Positions 51,967 through 61,000 of a stretch of 64,000 nt of DNA are shown here, piece by piece. This DNA is from a virus. Taxonomy: Duplodnaviria; Caudoviricetes. Position numbers and translations under genes: made by a program. How positions within the stretch are numbered: position 1 is the first letter of the stretch; each line of letters starts with the position of its first letter. The notes beneath the pieces were generated by a model. The model ran no database searches and was not told the DNA's origin. It saw only the letters and a list, made by a program, of their open reading frames with translations. The stretch lies in IMG/VR virus record IMGVR_UViG_3300037067_026718, positions 1 to 64,000 of that record. The stretch is one strand, 5' to 3'.

Positions 51967-52189
51967 TATCTTCCTCCACTAAAGAGAAAACCATTGCTTT
52001 CTCATGGTTGTTGAGATATTCAATGCAGAAGATATCCTTTTCTCCATTGTTGTAAGTATCACACCATCCGCTGTTTCCGCTATTACAGGCGCATGATGTA
52101 TAGTCGTGACGGCAAGACCAGTTCTTACCTACATCGTGTTTTTTTATAAGCTGTTCTGCTGTTTTCTTTGAAGTTATTCGTTTGCGCAT
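51941..52189 (-). CDS. hypothetical protein
   Basis: GAAGGA SD; SCACNSG. Confidence 0.5.
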   Translation of the reverse strand: MRKRITSKKTAEQLIKKHDVGKNWSCRHDYTSCACNSGNSGWCDTYNNGEKDIFCIEYLNNHEKAMVFSLVEEDIDDKAKAG

Positions 52190-52210
52190 AGTCTTCCTTC
52201 CAGATGGTGG

Positions 52211-52269
52211 GCCCCCGGCGCCGGCCTGCGGTAATCGCCAACGTTTTAACGATTTCCGACGCCGGGGGC
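52211..52269 (-). other. long intergenic stem-loop resembling motif B
   Basis: GCCCCCGGCGTCGG...CCGGCGCCGGGGGC with apical ATCGTTAA/TTGGCGAT stem. Confidence 0.45.
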
Positions 52270-52276
52270 TTTTCGG

Positions 52277-52531
52277 TTATTTCTGAAGCAGCCGGTCAAG
52301 CTTGTCGTTGATGCAGAACAGCACCAGGACAAACTCGAAGTAGATCCGGAGCAGGAGGGGAGCGACGGCGCCATAGGCGACCAGAAGCAGCAGAGCAAGA
52401 CCGGCCTGGTCGTTGACCAAGCCAGCGATGAAGCCGATCAGCGCTGCCAGGAGACACAGAACGACCAGCACTCCGAAGATGGCCTTGATGATCGACGGTG
52501 CGATCATCTTCTCGAAGCTGAAGAAATTCAT
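52277..52531 (-). CDS. DUF4282-family membrane protein
   Basis: FFSFEKMIAPSIIK...RIYFE...VLF.IND.L. Confidence 0.8.
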   Translation of the reverse strand: MNFFSFEKMIAPSIIKAIFGVLVVLCLLAALIGFIAGLVNDQAGLALLLLVAYGAVAPLLLRIYFEFVLVLFCINDKLDRLLQK

Positions 52532-52557
52532 GGAAAATTCCCCTTTCTATTGGGGGG

Positions 52558-52749
52558 TTATGCTCTGTTCTCGCAGAGCTTGAAAAAAGGGTCTTCTTGT
52601 TTGCGTCGAGGTGGTCTATTAGAAAACAGCAGCACTATGACGCCTGCCGTGGACTTTCCGAGGATCCACCACATGCTGGTGCCAAGGTCGAAGATGAAGC
52701 TGGCGGCCAACGCCGCCAGGATCAAGACTCCGATCAACACTCTCTTCAT
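52558..52749 (-). CDS. two-TM small protein
   Basis: MKRVLIGVLILAALAA... Confidence 0.5.
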   Translation of the reverse strand: MKRVLIGVLILAALAASFIFDLGTSMWWILGKSTAGVIVLLFSNRPPRRKQEDPFFKLCENRA

Positions 52750-53048
52750 TGCATCCTCGCTTCCTTGGCAGCCGTGCGAGCTTTCTCTCTGTTGATGGAG
52801 TCGACCCTTCCCATGATCAGGAAAAGGTCTATCAGCCACCAGACGCCGAGACCGCCAAGAGTGAGCAGCTTACCGAATCCTAGGCCGATATCACCGACGT
52901 AGAACCGGTCAATGCCGAGCTCACCCAGAAAGATGCTGAGAATGAGAGCCAGAGTTCGGTCTTTTTTCTCTCCGTTGTAGGTCGAAAGAAAGACCATTTT
53001 CTGGGCATCGGTCATCCCAGCCTGGAGGCCGCTGAGGTTGTCACTCAT
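52746..53048 (-). CDS. TM2-domain protein
   Basis: KDRTLALILSIFLGELGIDRFYVG...KLLTLGGLGVWWLIDL. Confidence 0.9.
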   Translation of the reverse strand: MSDNLSGLQAGMTDAQKMVFLSTYNGEKKDRTLALILSIFLGELGIDRFYVGDIGLGFGKLLTLGGLGVWWLIDLFLIMGRVDSINREKARTAAKEARMQ

Positions 53049-53379
53049 CGACGTTTATCCAGGAGGTTATACCGTTGGCAATGGAACCGTGGTCGCCGGG
53101 GCAGGCAACAGTGAAAAAAGTCGAATTGTTCTCCACTGTTATGACATATGATCCATGGGCAGGACATTTCATGTCAGCCAATCCCAGGTCTGCCATACTT
53201 TCGGCGTATCTACGTCCATGCTGGGCAAAATAGATCAATTCCTCGCTGGCGATGGTTCGCATGTTGGCTCTGCATATGAGCTTCTGGTTGAGAGCCGTCT
53301 CTCCCCAGTTCGGTCTTTCGATGTCGCATGCGGCAGACATAACCAGCATGCACACCACGATCATCACGATTGTCTTCAT
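53041..53379 (-). CDS. lipoprotein with pilin/pseudopilin-like globular head
   Basis: Lipobox SAAC; CRANMRTIA...Y....Y...L; CP..GSY...CP.DHG. Confidence 0.6.
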   Translation of the reverse strand: MKTIVMIVVCMLVMSAACDIERPNWGETALNQKLICRANMRTIASEELIYFAQHGRRYAESMADLGLADMKCPAHGSYVITVENNSTFFTVACPGDHGSIANGITSWINVDE

Positions 53380-53678
53380 TTCTTCCTTCCTGGTTTACCA
53401 TGCGCTCGAGACCGTCTCGGCACACTCATCCGTTTTTCTTGCTTTTGCAACTTCGCTTTCTGGAGTATGGTATTGGCATCACCACCCTTTCTGCATGCCA
53501 ACTCTTCCTCGGAAGTTCGGCATCTCCACCACCAGTACACAAAGGCTATGGCTTCAGCAAACGTCAGTATCAGGAAAATGATCACGACCGGCCAGAGGTC
53601 GTTGACCAAAGTCCTGTATGCATCCGCTGTCTTCACCAGCGCTGCGTACTCCACGGTGGGGATCGTTACCGAACTCAT
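53376..53678 (-). CDS. single-TM protein with basic tail
   Basis: LWPVVIIFLILTFAEAIAFVYWWW. Confidence 0.55.
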   Translation of the reverse strand: MSSVTIPTVEYAALVKTADAYRTLVNDLWPVVIIFLILTFAEAIAFVYWWWRCRTSEEELACRKGGDANTILQKAKLQKQEKRMSVPRRSRAHGKPGRKK

Positions 53679-53977
53679 TCGCCCTGGGATTCTCTGATGT
53701 CGCGCAGCATCTCTTTGACCTCTTCTTCAGTGGCCCGTCCTACGATCTTGTTGTGGATGGCCAATAGAGCATCTTTCGCGTCCTTGAGCAAACTTGAGTC
53801 CCAGAGGCGGCAGAATCTGCAGTGCATGTCTTGCCCGGGCTTCTTAATGCCTTCGTACTTCTTTTGGCACCAAGGACATTGCTCGGGAGGCATGTCAGTA
53901 CATTTTCCGCACATGTCCATTCCTACACACAGCTTTGACCGGTCTATGCTACAGCTTCCGTAGTCGTGGCCTGGCAT
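53675..53977 (-). CDS. Cys-rich hypothetical protein
   Basis: Multiple CxxC motifs. Confidence 0.5.
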   Translation of the reverse strand: MPGHDYGSCSIDRSKLCVGMDMCGKCTDMPPEQCPWCQKKYEGIKKPGQDMHCRFCRLWDSSLLKDAKDALLAIHNKIVGRATEEEVKEMLRDIRESQGE

Positions 53978-54333
53978 GTATCCTCCTTCAGATTCCAGAT
54001 TTCCTTGTAGTCTGCTATCACCACTTCCTGGCAGTCCGGAGGAAGATCATGGAAAGCGATTCGAACGCCAAGATGGTTCTTCCTTCCAATGGCAGGGGCC
54101 CATCCGTCTGCATTGACATCGATAGGCCTGTCGGAATCCCCATGCTGCCCAAAGCCCTGAGGATGGTACGGATGCTTGGACATGCCGATGTAGAAGAAGA
54201 ACCTCCGGCCTCTGCAAGGCCATCGTCCACAGTACACCACGGTATACCGGTCGAACAGTTCTTCCCCGCCGTCGTAACACCGGACATAGCGGGGGACGCC
54301 GTCAGGCATCAGACGTTGTTCTCGGCTGCTCAT
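53944..54333 (-). CDS. conserved early phage protein
   Basis: YDGG...DRYTVV...MS..P.HPQG.GQ...HLG.RI.F..LP.DCQ. Confidence 0.7.
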   Translation of the reverse strand: MSSREQRLMPDGVPRYVRCYDGGEELFDRYTVVYCGRWPCRGRRFFFYIGMSKHPYHPQGFGQHGDSDRPIDVNADGWAPAIGRKNHLGVRIAFHDLPPDCQEVVIADYKEIWNLKEDTCQATTTEAVA

Positions 54334-54875
54334 CTCTTTGCTGCCCTTGCCTGGATCTTGGCGAGGATGTCCTTGCCAATGCCCACCATGCACTCCTGGG
54401 GGATCAACGCTCCCGGATTGTCTTCCGGGGGCTGCTTCGCCCAGTGCTGGGCATAGCTTTCAATGGCTGACATGATGAAGCCCTGACAAAGAGCTCCATA
54501 GGGTGAAAACTCCATGAGCTCGGTGACGAACTCGGTGTTGGTCAGACGATGGGGATCTTCCTTGTGTCCGAACATCATCTCCGGGCTCCAGAGAAGGGCC
54601 CTGGTGTCGGAGTAGTAAACGCCCCACCCATGGGCTACGAGGTCCTCGAGGAAACGAATGAACTCGCATTCTACATAGCCGCCATTCTCTCCGTAGGTGG
54701 CGCTTACTTCATCTATGAACCTGTCGATATCAGGATGGAACCCCCTGTCTGGAAGACGATCGAAGAGGTCCTTCCATCTCAGTATGGTCGGCTCATCCTC
54801 AAACCAGAGAGCTATGCTGACGTTGTCAGTCATGGTCTCGGGTTCAATATCGTACATCACTCCTCGCATCGACAT
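54330..54875 (-). CDS. hypothetical phage protein
   Basis: TNTEFV.ELMEFSPYGAL.Q.F motif; AAAGGAG SD. Confidence 0.65.
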   Translation of the reverse strand: MSMRGVMYDIEPETMTDNVSIALWFEDEPTILRWKDLFDRLPDRGFHPDIDRFIDEVSATYGENGGYVECEFIRFLEDLVAHGWGVYYSDTRALLWSPEMMFGHKEDPHRLTNTEFVTELMEFSPYGALCQGFIMSAIESYAQHWAKQPPEDNPGALIPQECMVGIGKDILAKIQARAAKR

Positions 54876-54879
54876 CTCC

Positions 54880-55430
54880 TTTCGCTTTCCCTCAAGATTG
54901 ATTCAGCTACATTCTGCACCATAGCATCCTTTCTGATTATAGGCTGTTTCATATGGTAATACCATATTTTATTGTTTCGGAATGTTTCGCTATACAACAC
55001 TTTATACAAAGCTAATGTATCTATATACACCATGTAGGCACTTTTTGACTGCTGGAATAATGAGGATGGGCCTGTTTTCAACTCGTTGTCATAGTTGATC
55101 TTGCATAGCAATGTTCGATAATGACATGTGCTTTACGTACATTGAATGTACGTACTGTGCATGGCTTGATCTCACATATACGATGTATTCTTTACTATGC
55201 ATTAAGAATCATAGAACAGACAGCTCTCGGCTCCATGTAACGCCAATGTACTGTTTATTCATAAATGAACGCAGACACCCCCGGCAGCCAAAAACAGGGG
55301 GTCCCCTGCTGTGCAGTAAGACTTTATCGTCTTCGACAACAGGCTTTTCGGACCCCCCATTTATGACTTACTAACAGATTGATACGATCGTTAGACCGTA
55401 TATGTTGAGACCATAGAGTACAATTTTCAA
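54880..55430. other. AT-rich non-coding island with a perfect palindrome
   Basis: Visibly AT-rich; TACGTACATT-G-AATGTACGTA at 55134-55154. Confidence 0.55.
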
Positions 55431-55440
55431 CGTGCGATGC

Positions 55441-55842
55441 TCAGATATCGGCGATCACCGGTTTCATCACAGACGGAACTTTTGTTCTCTGTACCATGAA
55501 CCCGTTTATCTCGCAGAATATCATGATATCAAACGTCTCCTTTTTGATCCGATGGCCTCTGATCTTCTCCATCGTACACAATCTTGGATTGGTAAGCTCC
55601 AAGCCGTGCCGTCCACGCCTCAATACTATGTATCTCGGCCTGGTGTTCGGGCCCTTCGCTTTGCCTGCAGGGAAAGTTGCTCCGTAGAACTCCTTGAGCA
55701 TCGTGATACGGTGAGCGGGAACAACAGATGCCGGGATGATGTAAACCACCACCCCTTCATACGACTTGCCAGAGGCTGCTACTTTCACCAGTTGTCCGAC
55801 CGATATTTCACTCCCCCTGTCTGGCTGTGTACTTGTCTTCAT
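55441..55842 (-). CDS. hypothetical protein (KOW-like N-terminus)
   Basis: VGQLVKV...G.VV. Confidence 0.55.
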   Translation of the reverse strand: MKTSTQPDRGSEISVGQLVKVAASGKSYEGVVVYIIPASVVPAHRITMLKEFYGATFPAGKAKGPNTRPRYIVLRRGRHGLELTNPRLCTMEKIRGHRIKKETFDIMIFCEINGFMVQRTKVPSVMKPVIADI

Positions 55843-55848
55843 GGAAGA

Positions 55849-56103
55849 CTACCTGGGGTCCTTCCCGACGAGAACGACGGATCCCGGACTGTAGAAGTAC
55901 TTCTTGTTGCGCTCGCACCTCACCAATATGGATTCCGGCGCCTCGACTGCGTTTTGCTCTACGGAGCAGACAGCAAGGCCTGATGCGCAGCCGGTCATCA
56001 TATTGGAAACCACGATCATCTCGCCCGGGACTATGTCTTCCACTTTTTTCAGGTACACGGCTTGTTCTCCTTTGTTCATGGCATGTGAATCAATAGCCGG
56101 CAT
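55849..56103 (-). CDS. hypothetical protein
   Basis: Fits gene tiling. Confidence 0.5.
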   Translation of the reverse strand: MPAIDSHAMNKGEQAVYLKKVEDIVPGEMIVVSNMMTGCASGLAVCSVEQNAVEAPESILVRCERNKKYFYSPGSVVLVGKDPR

Positions 56104-56109
56104 ATCCGA

Positions 56110-56547
56110 CTATTTTCCTTTGTGCTTTAAGGCCGAGATGAGAATGGCTTCCTTGCCTTGCATGCTCGGCACTGTTTCGTAAATGCTTAGGATGGCATTG
56201 ATGAGTTGTTTTCTTGTGAGTTTCGCCGGCGTTGATGGGATGAAACCCCTTATTACCTCCACGCCTCCAAAAAGACTCACAATACTCTCGGTACTGGCTT
56301 TTTGTAAAGCCTGTTTCAGGGGAGATAAAGGCTCCTGCTTCCCAACAACAGCAACCTTTCTGACCTTTTCCTTCTTGGCTTCTGCCGGTGAGTCGTCAAT
56401 GTCGATGCTTACTGACCTGACGTTCACCACCTGGATGGCCTTCATGTCATCGGGGAAGAAAATAGTTCCTGGCCCCGTTATGATGCATGGACGCCACTCC
56501 CTAAGCGTCCGGTGAAGGTGCTCCATGAAGCCATCATTGTGATTCAT
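56110..56547 (-). CDS. hypothetical protein
   Basis: MNHNDG start after GGGGG. Confidence 0.55.
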   Translation of the reverse strand: MNHNDGFMEHLHRTLREWRPCIITGPGTIFFPDDMKAIQVVNVRSVSIDIDDSPAEAKKEKVRKVAVVGKQEPLSPLKQALQKASTESIVSLFGGVEVIRGFIPSTPAKLTRKQLINAILSIYETVPSMQGKEAILISALKHKGK

Positions 56548-57193
56548 ACTTCCCCCCAAGCGGAAGTTGCTGTGTATGGTCGGCTTTCTCGACCATGACC
56601 GGGGTGATACCCCTCTTGCGCAGACTTTCGATCTCATCGTCAGTCTCTTCGCCACTGCAGACATATTCGATGGCTCTTGGTCTGAACAGAGAGAAAGCCC
56701 CGGGTTTTGGAGCTTCTGGGTCATCGGTGGGAATGGCGTTCTGATGTGCGAGAAGGATGAAATGCTTTCCTACTTCGAATCCTCGAGGCAGAGCTTTCAT
56801 TCTCCTGGATATGCCCATATCCCTGGCTTCGGTCAAGAATGCATCGGGGCTGGCATAGAACTTCTTGCCGACCCAGATCATGAGCACCTTTCCGATCTCT
56901 CCGATGACGTCATCGCTCAACGGGCACAGCGCACACTGCCTCAAGCTGTAGTCACACTTGATGCCTTGCGTCAGCTTGACCGGGTCAACCCATTTCGGAG
57001 CCATCGAAAAAGGAATGCCTTCTCCGCAGGTAGGGCATATCCCCAACTCGAACGGCAGTTTGCCGCAGGTGGCATTGGGGGGATCCCCGCGGAAGTACAG
57101 ACCGCCTTCCTTCCGGTAGCCACAACCCCTGGCCTTTTCGACGAACACAGGAACATTGTTTGCCAAAAGCCTTCTCTTCGATTCGCTGTTCAC
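56534..57193 (-). CDS. conserved Cys-rich phage protein
   Basis: RGCGYRKEGGLY...CPTCG...WVG..FY..P..F..EA..MGISRR. Confidence 0.7.
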   Translation of the reverse strand: MNSESKRRLLANNVPVFVEKARGCGYRKEGGLYFRGDPPNATCGKLPFELGICPTCGEGIPFSMAPKWVDPVKLTQGIKCDYSLRQCALCPLSDDVIGEIGKVLMIWVGKKFYASPDAFLTEARDMGISRRMKALPRGFEVGKHFILLAHQNAIPTDDPEAPKPGAFSLFRPRAIEYVCSGEETDDEIESLRKRGITPVMVEKADHTQQLPLGGKYESQ

Positions 57194-57232
57194 ATTTTCT
57201 TTCCTTTCTTATATAAGTGCATATAAAACATT

Positions 57233-57267
57233 AAAAGACAAAGCCCTTCGTGGAAAAACAAAGGGCT
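57233..57267 (-). terminator. putative terminator
   Basis: AGCCCTT/AAGGGCT followed by TTGTCTTTT. Confidence 0.5.
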
Positions 57268-57315
57268 CAGTCTCGACGCAAGAAGTTTATAACTTATTTT
57301 GCTGATATTTTCTAT

Positions 57316-58044
57316 CTAAACCCGGGGGATCCTTCGTAGATAGTTCATCGTATTTTTGCGCAGCAATGCCGAGGCCAGGGCTCCTGCTGCGGCACCAATG
57401 AGAGTAGTCCTTGCGGATAGCAAATAGTTTCTGTAAGTGGCCAATGCGGACATGCGGACTGGGCTGTTCTCGGGGACCCCGGCCCTGTTCCAGGCTTCTA
57501 CTTCCTGCCTGTACAAAGGAGTGTTTTCTGGATCCGAGAACATGGAAGATATCATCGACCGGTACTGGCCTCGTCTTTTCGTAAGAGATCCCGATTCCTT
57601 CCAGTCGCTGTAATGCCCCAGTTCATGGCGCATGACTTCATCAACCACTGGAGGCTTCACGGATATGGCTGGCTTGCCTCCCTTGACAGGAGGTTCAACA
57701 AAGAAACCGTGCCCTGGTCTTGTGGAGTTCAAAGCTTTGCGGTAGAGCATCCGCTTCAGAACATTCACGCCTGGCTGCTTGAGCCATTTGTTTATCTCTT
57801 CTTTGTTGGAAAGTACGCTGATATCTTCCGGGAATGATGTAACATCGAATTTCTTCGCTTTTCCAAATTCTCGTTCCACTTTCGACAACGCTACCAATGA
57901 GATAATCGTGTTGGCGAGCATTCCAGCCATGGATCCAGCTACTGCTCCTCCGAATATTTCCCTGCCTGGAACAGGGCCACTCGACCATCCCGCACGCTTC
58001 TCGAGCTCTATCCTGGCTGCAAGCTTGATGATGTGGTGGTTCAT
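57316..58044 (-). CDS. HExxH zinc-metallopeptidase-like protein with two hydrophobic segments and KxA motifs
   Basis: VMRHELGH...QEVEAW; IKLAA...EKRAG; GGAVAGSMAG; IGAAAGALA. Confidence 0.65.
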   Translation of the reverse strand: MNHHIIKLAARIELEKRAGWSSGPVPGREIFGGAVAGSMAGMLANTIISLVALSKVEREFGKAKKFDVTSFPEDISVLSNKEEINKWLKQPGVNVLKRMLYRKALNSTRPGHGFFVEPPVKGGKPAISVKPPVVDEVMRHELGHYSDWKESGSLTKRRGQYRSMISSMFSDPENTPLYRQEVEAWNRAGVPENSPVRMSALATYRNYLLSARTTLIGAAAGALASALLRKNTMNYLRRIPRV

Positions 58045-61000
58045 CAGTACTCCCCTGTTCTCCAGAGATCTCTTCCGAAGTCGATGCCTTGCAGGAACGG
58101 AGTAACTGGCTTTACTCCTTTTGAAGGACTCATGGCGCCCATGGCTGCGCTTTCCTGAAGCTGTCGAACCATGTCTCTACCCAGCATCTTGAGTGCCCAG
58201 TCAGGTTCGTTTTTTGCCAGATCGTAATCCATGCCGTCAAAGACCGGTTCGTACTTGATCAGCGCATCGCTGTCGCCTATATCCGCATTGATCGCCTGCA
58301 GCTCTTTGATGTCCTTGATGTCACCTGTCATCATGTCCTGGCTGCTGCCGGGATCCAAAACCTTGCCGTATCTCGTAAGGGCCGCCACTACTGTCTCTAT
58401 GTACCGGCGGTCTGGAGCCTTGCCGCCGTAGTTCCTTTCGATTTCGTCAACAAGGTAGTTCTGCATGGCCCTAAGGCCGTTGTATTTCATGACATCGTTG
58501 GGATCCGGAAGACCTTCATTGATCTGAAATCCGGCCTTCAGGCGATCGCCTACGGCAACCTTGAGCGGAGCATTGGTAGACGTGGTGAAAGACGTTCCGT
58601 CCTGCATGATGATTTCGTAGCCGCCGCCTCGCATCTTATTGATCTTGCCCACCACGCCGGCCTCAGGAGCAAGAGTGGCCTTCGCTCCGGCAGGGGCTCT
58701 TCCATTCAAGAGAGGCCAGATGGCATACAAGCCTTCTATTTTGTTGCTGGAAAGAGCGGAGCCTCCACCATGGAAAGCCTTCAACGTGAGCTGAACAGCC
58801 GGCTCGGTAAGGGTGTGGGCCGATATGACTCCTATGTCGGCGCCGACCTTCGGCTTCTCTCCATCCGGGAGTCTACCGAAATCCTTGGCGTAGAACCCGG
58901 TTTTTGCCACTGACGTCAAGGGAGATCTTACCATCACCGTCTTGATCTTGTTCGAACGGGCTGATGCTATCAGCTCTTCTGTTATGGGATCCCCGGCCAC
59001 GGCCAATGTTTTCCCCGCCGGGGTTACCAGGTCGAAAGCCAGGTATCTCTGAAGCACGGTGGGATGGTCAATGGGATACTCGATACCATCGGTAGGGTTT
59101 GCATCTCCGGGTGCCACTACGCTGCCCAGGGTAGACCTCAGAAGCTGCTTGCTGAAATAGCCGGGCTCCCTGACTTCAATGCTCTTCGAATGCAGAGCAG
59201 GCCGGTTGCCTTTCGATGCCACCCAGTAGTCCATGAAATCGAGTCCTTCTCCGTATCCGGTGCGGATCAGATGAGGGATAGGGCCGTCGAATCCGTTCAC
59301 CGTCATGGGAGAAAACTTGATCTGCATGACATTGGACCAATTCCCCTTGGCTCCGGAATCAGCAAGGACGGCAACTGCCGACCGAGGGTCTATTGAAGAC
59401 CTGAGCCTGGAGTAGACAGAGTCGGTTTCCTTCTGAGCCAAGAAGCCGCCAACGGACTTGGACATCTCTTCCTTGCTTATCGGCATGAAGTCCTTCAGGC
59501 TGAATGACAACCCAACCCTGGTGTTGAAGGCATTGCCCAGATCGGTGAGTTTCATCAAAGTGTTGACGTAATCCCCGGGAGCATGCTTACCCACAGCGTT
59601 GAGTATCTCGCCTATCTTCTTGTCGTTGTAGACTACATTGTAACCCTGTCTGAACTGCTCAGGAATGGCTTTGTTCACCAAAATACGACCGGCAGTGACA
59701 ACGACATTGCCTTTGTCTGTTTTGAGGGTTACTCCGTCATTGAGGGCTATTTCATTGGCTTCGTAAGCCTCTATGACTTCCCTCTCGGTGGTGTACTTCT
59801 TGTCGGGCCTCGGGTCTACGAAGTGAGTACCGTAATAGAGGCCGGCAATGGTGTCTTCCTCGGGACGCATGATCGTCTGGTCCAGCCCGGGCTTGAACAG
59901 GTTCTTGGATGGCAGCAGCTTTTCTCTGGCTTCCCTCACCGCTTCGTCGGAAACCGGGACGGAATAGCCCATTGCATCGCCATCGAAGTCGGCATTGAAG
60001 CCACGGGCTATCAAAGGACTGATCTCCATGGACTTGCCCGGTATCATCTTGGCCCAGAAAGCCATGACGTTGAACTTGTGGAGCTTGGGGTCCCTGGTGA
60101 TCATGACCGGACGATGTTTCATCTCGGCCTGCAGAGTTGCTTCAGCCAAAGCTTCCCTGTCTTCTATCATCCGCCTGGCTTCCAGAGGGGGGATGCCTTC
60201 CTTGGTCAGCCTGCGCATTACGAAAGAATGGAAGAGCGGCCATGCTGATTCTTCGGGAAGTCCGATCTCGTCTACGGACAAACCGGGATTGGGCCTGATG
60301 ACTGCACGGCCGCCAACCGACTGACGTTTGTCGAATATCTTATCCTGGAAATGCCCCCAGGAGGAAGACTCCCCCTTGAGATATTCGAGGATCCCGGTCC
60401 TCGGCTTGGCTCCGTACCCTATGCCCGTGGCCCCTATCTGGATCGCCTTTACGGCATCGTAGAGGTTCGTCCTCACTTCATCCAGTACGGAGGCCGGCAT
60501 GCTGCCCTGGCCGTCCTTGAGCGTCATGGCAAGCGTTCCTATGTCCTGGTACAGAGCTGTGAAATCACTGACCCTTATCCCGTTGTCTTTCGTGAGGTAC
60601 ACCGGTCTGAACTGCGGAGGAAGAACCGGAACCTTGGATATGACGTAAGCGTTCTCCGGTTTGATGCCGATGCGCTGCAGAGCGTTCAGGTACCGCAATT
60701 TCTTGACCATGGCATCCTTGGCAGTACCGGTGTGATTGGGGATCATCTCCTTCAAAGACTTGATGGAAGACTCTACGTCAATGGACGAAAGCATGGCTTT
60801 GAAAGCATGGCCACCGGTGATGGACTTGTCCCCCTTTACCCGGGGAGCCAGTACTCCGTCTTTGTACCCTACCCTGCCGGCGATGATGTCATCATAGGCG
60901 CCCTGCGTCAGGCCCAGGATGGCTCTGATAGCCTTTTCGTAAACCGGGTTGGGAAGAGGCTCCGCCAGGGAGATATGCCCCCATTTGTCTCCCTGCATGC

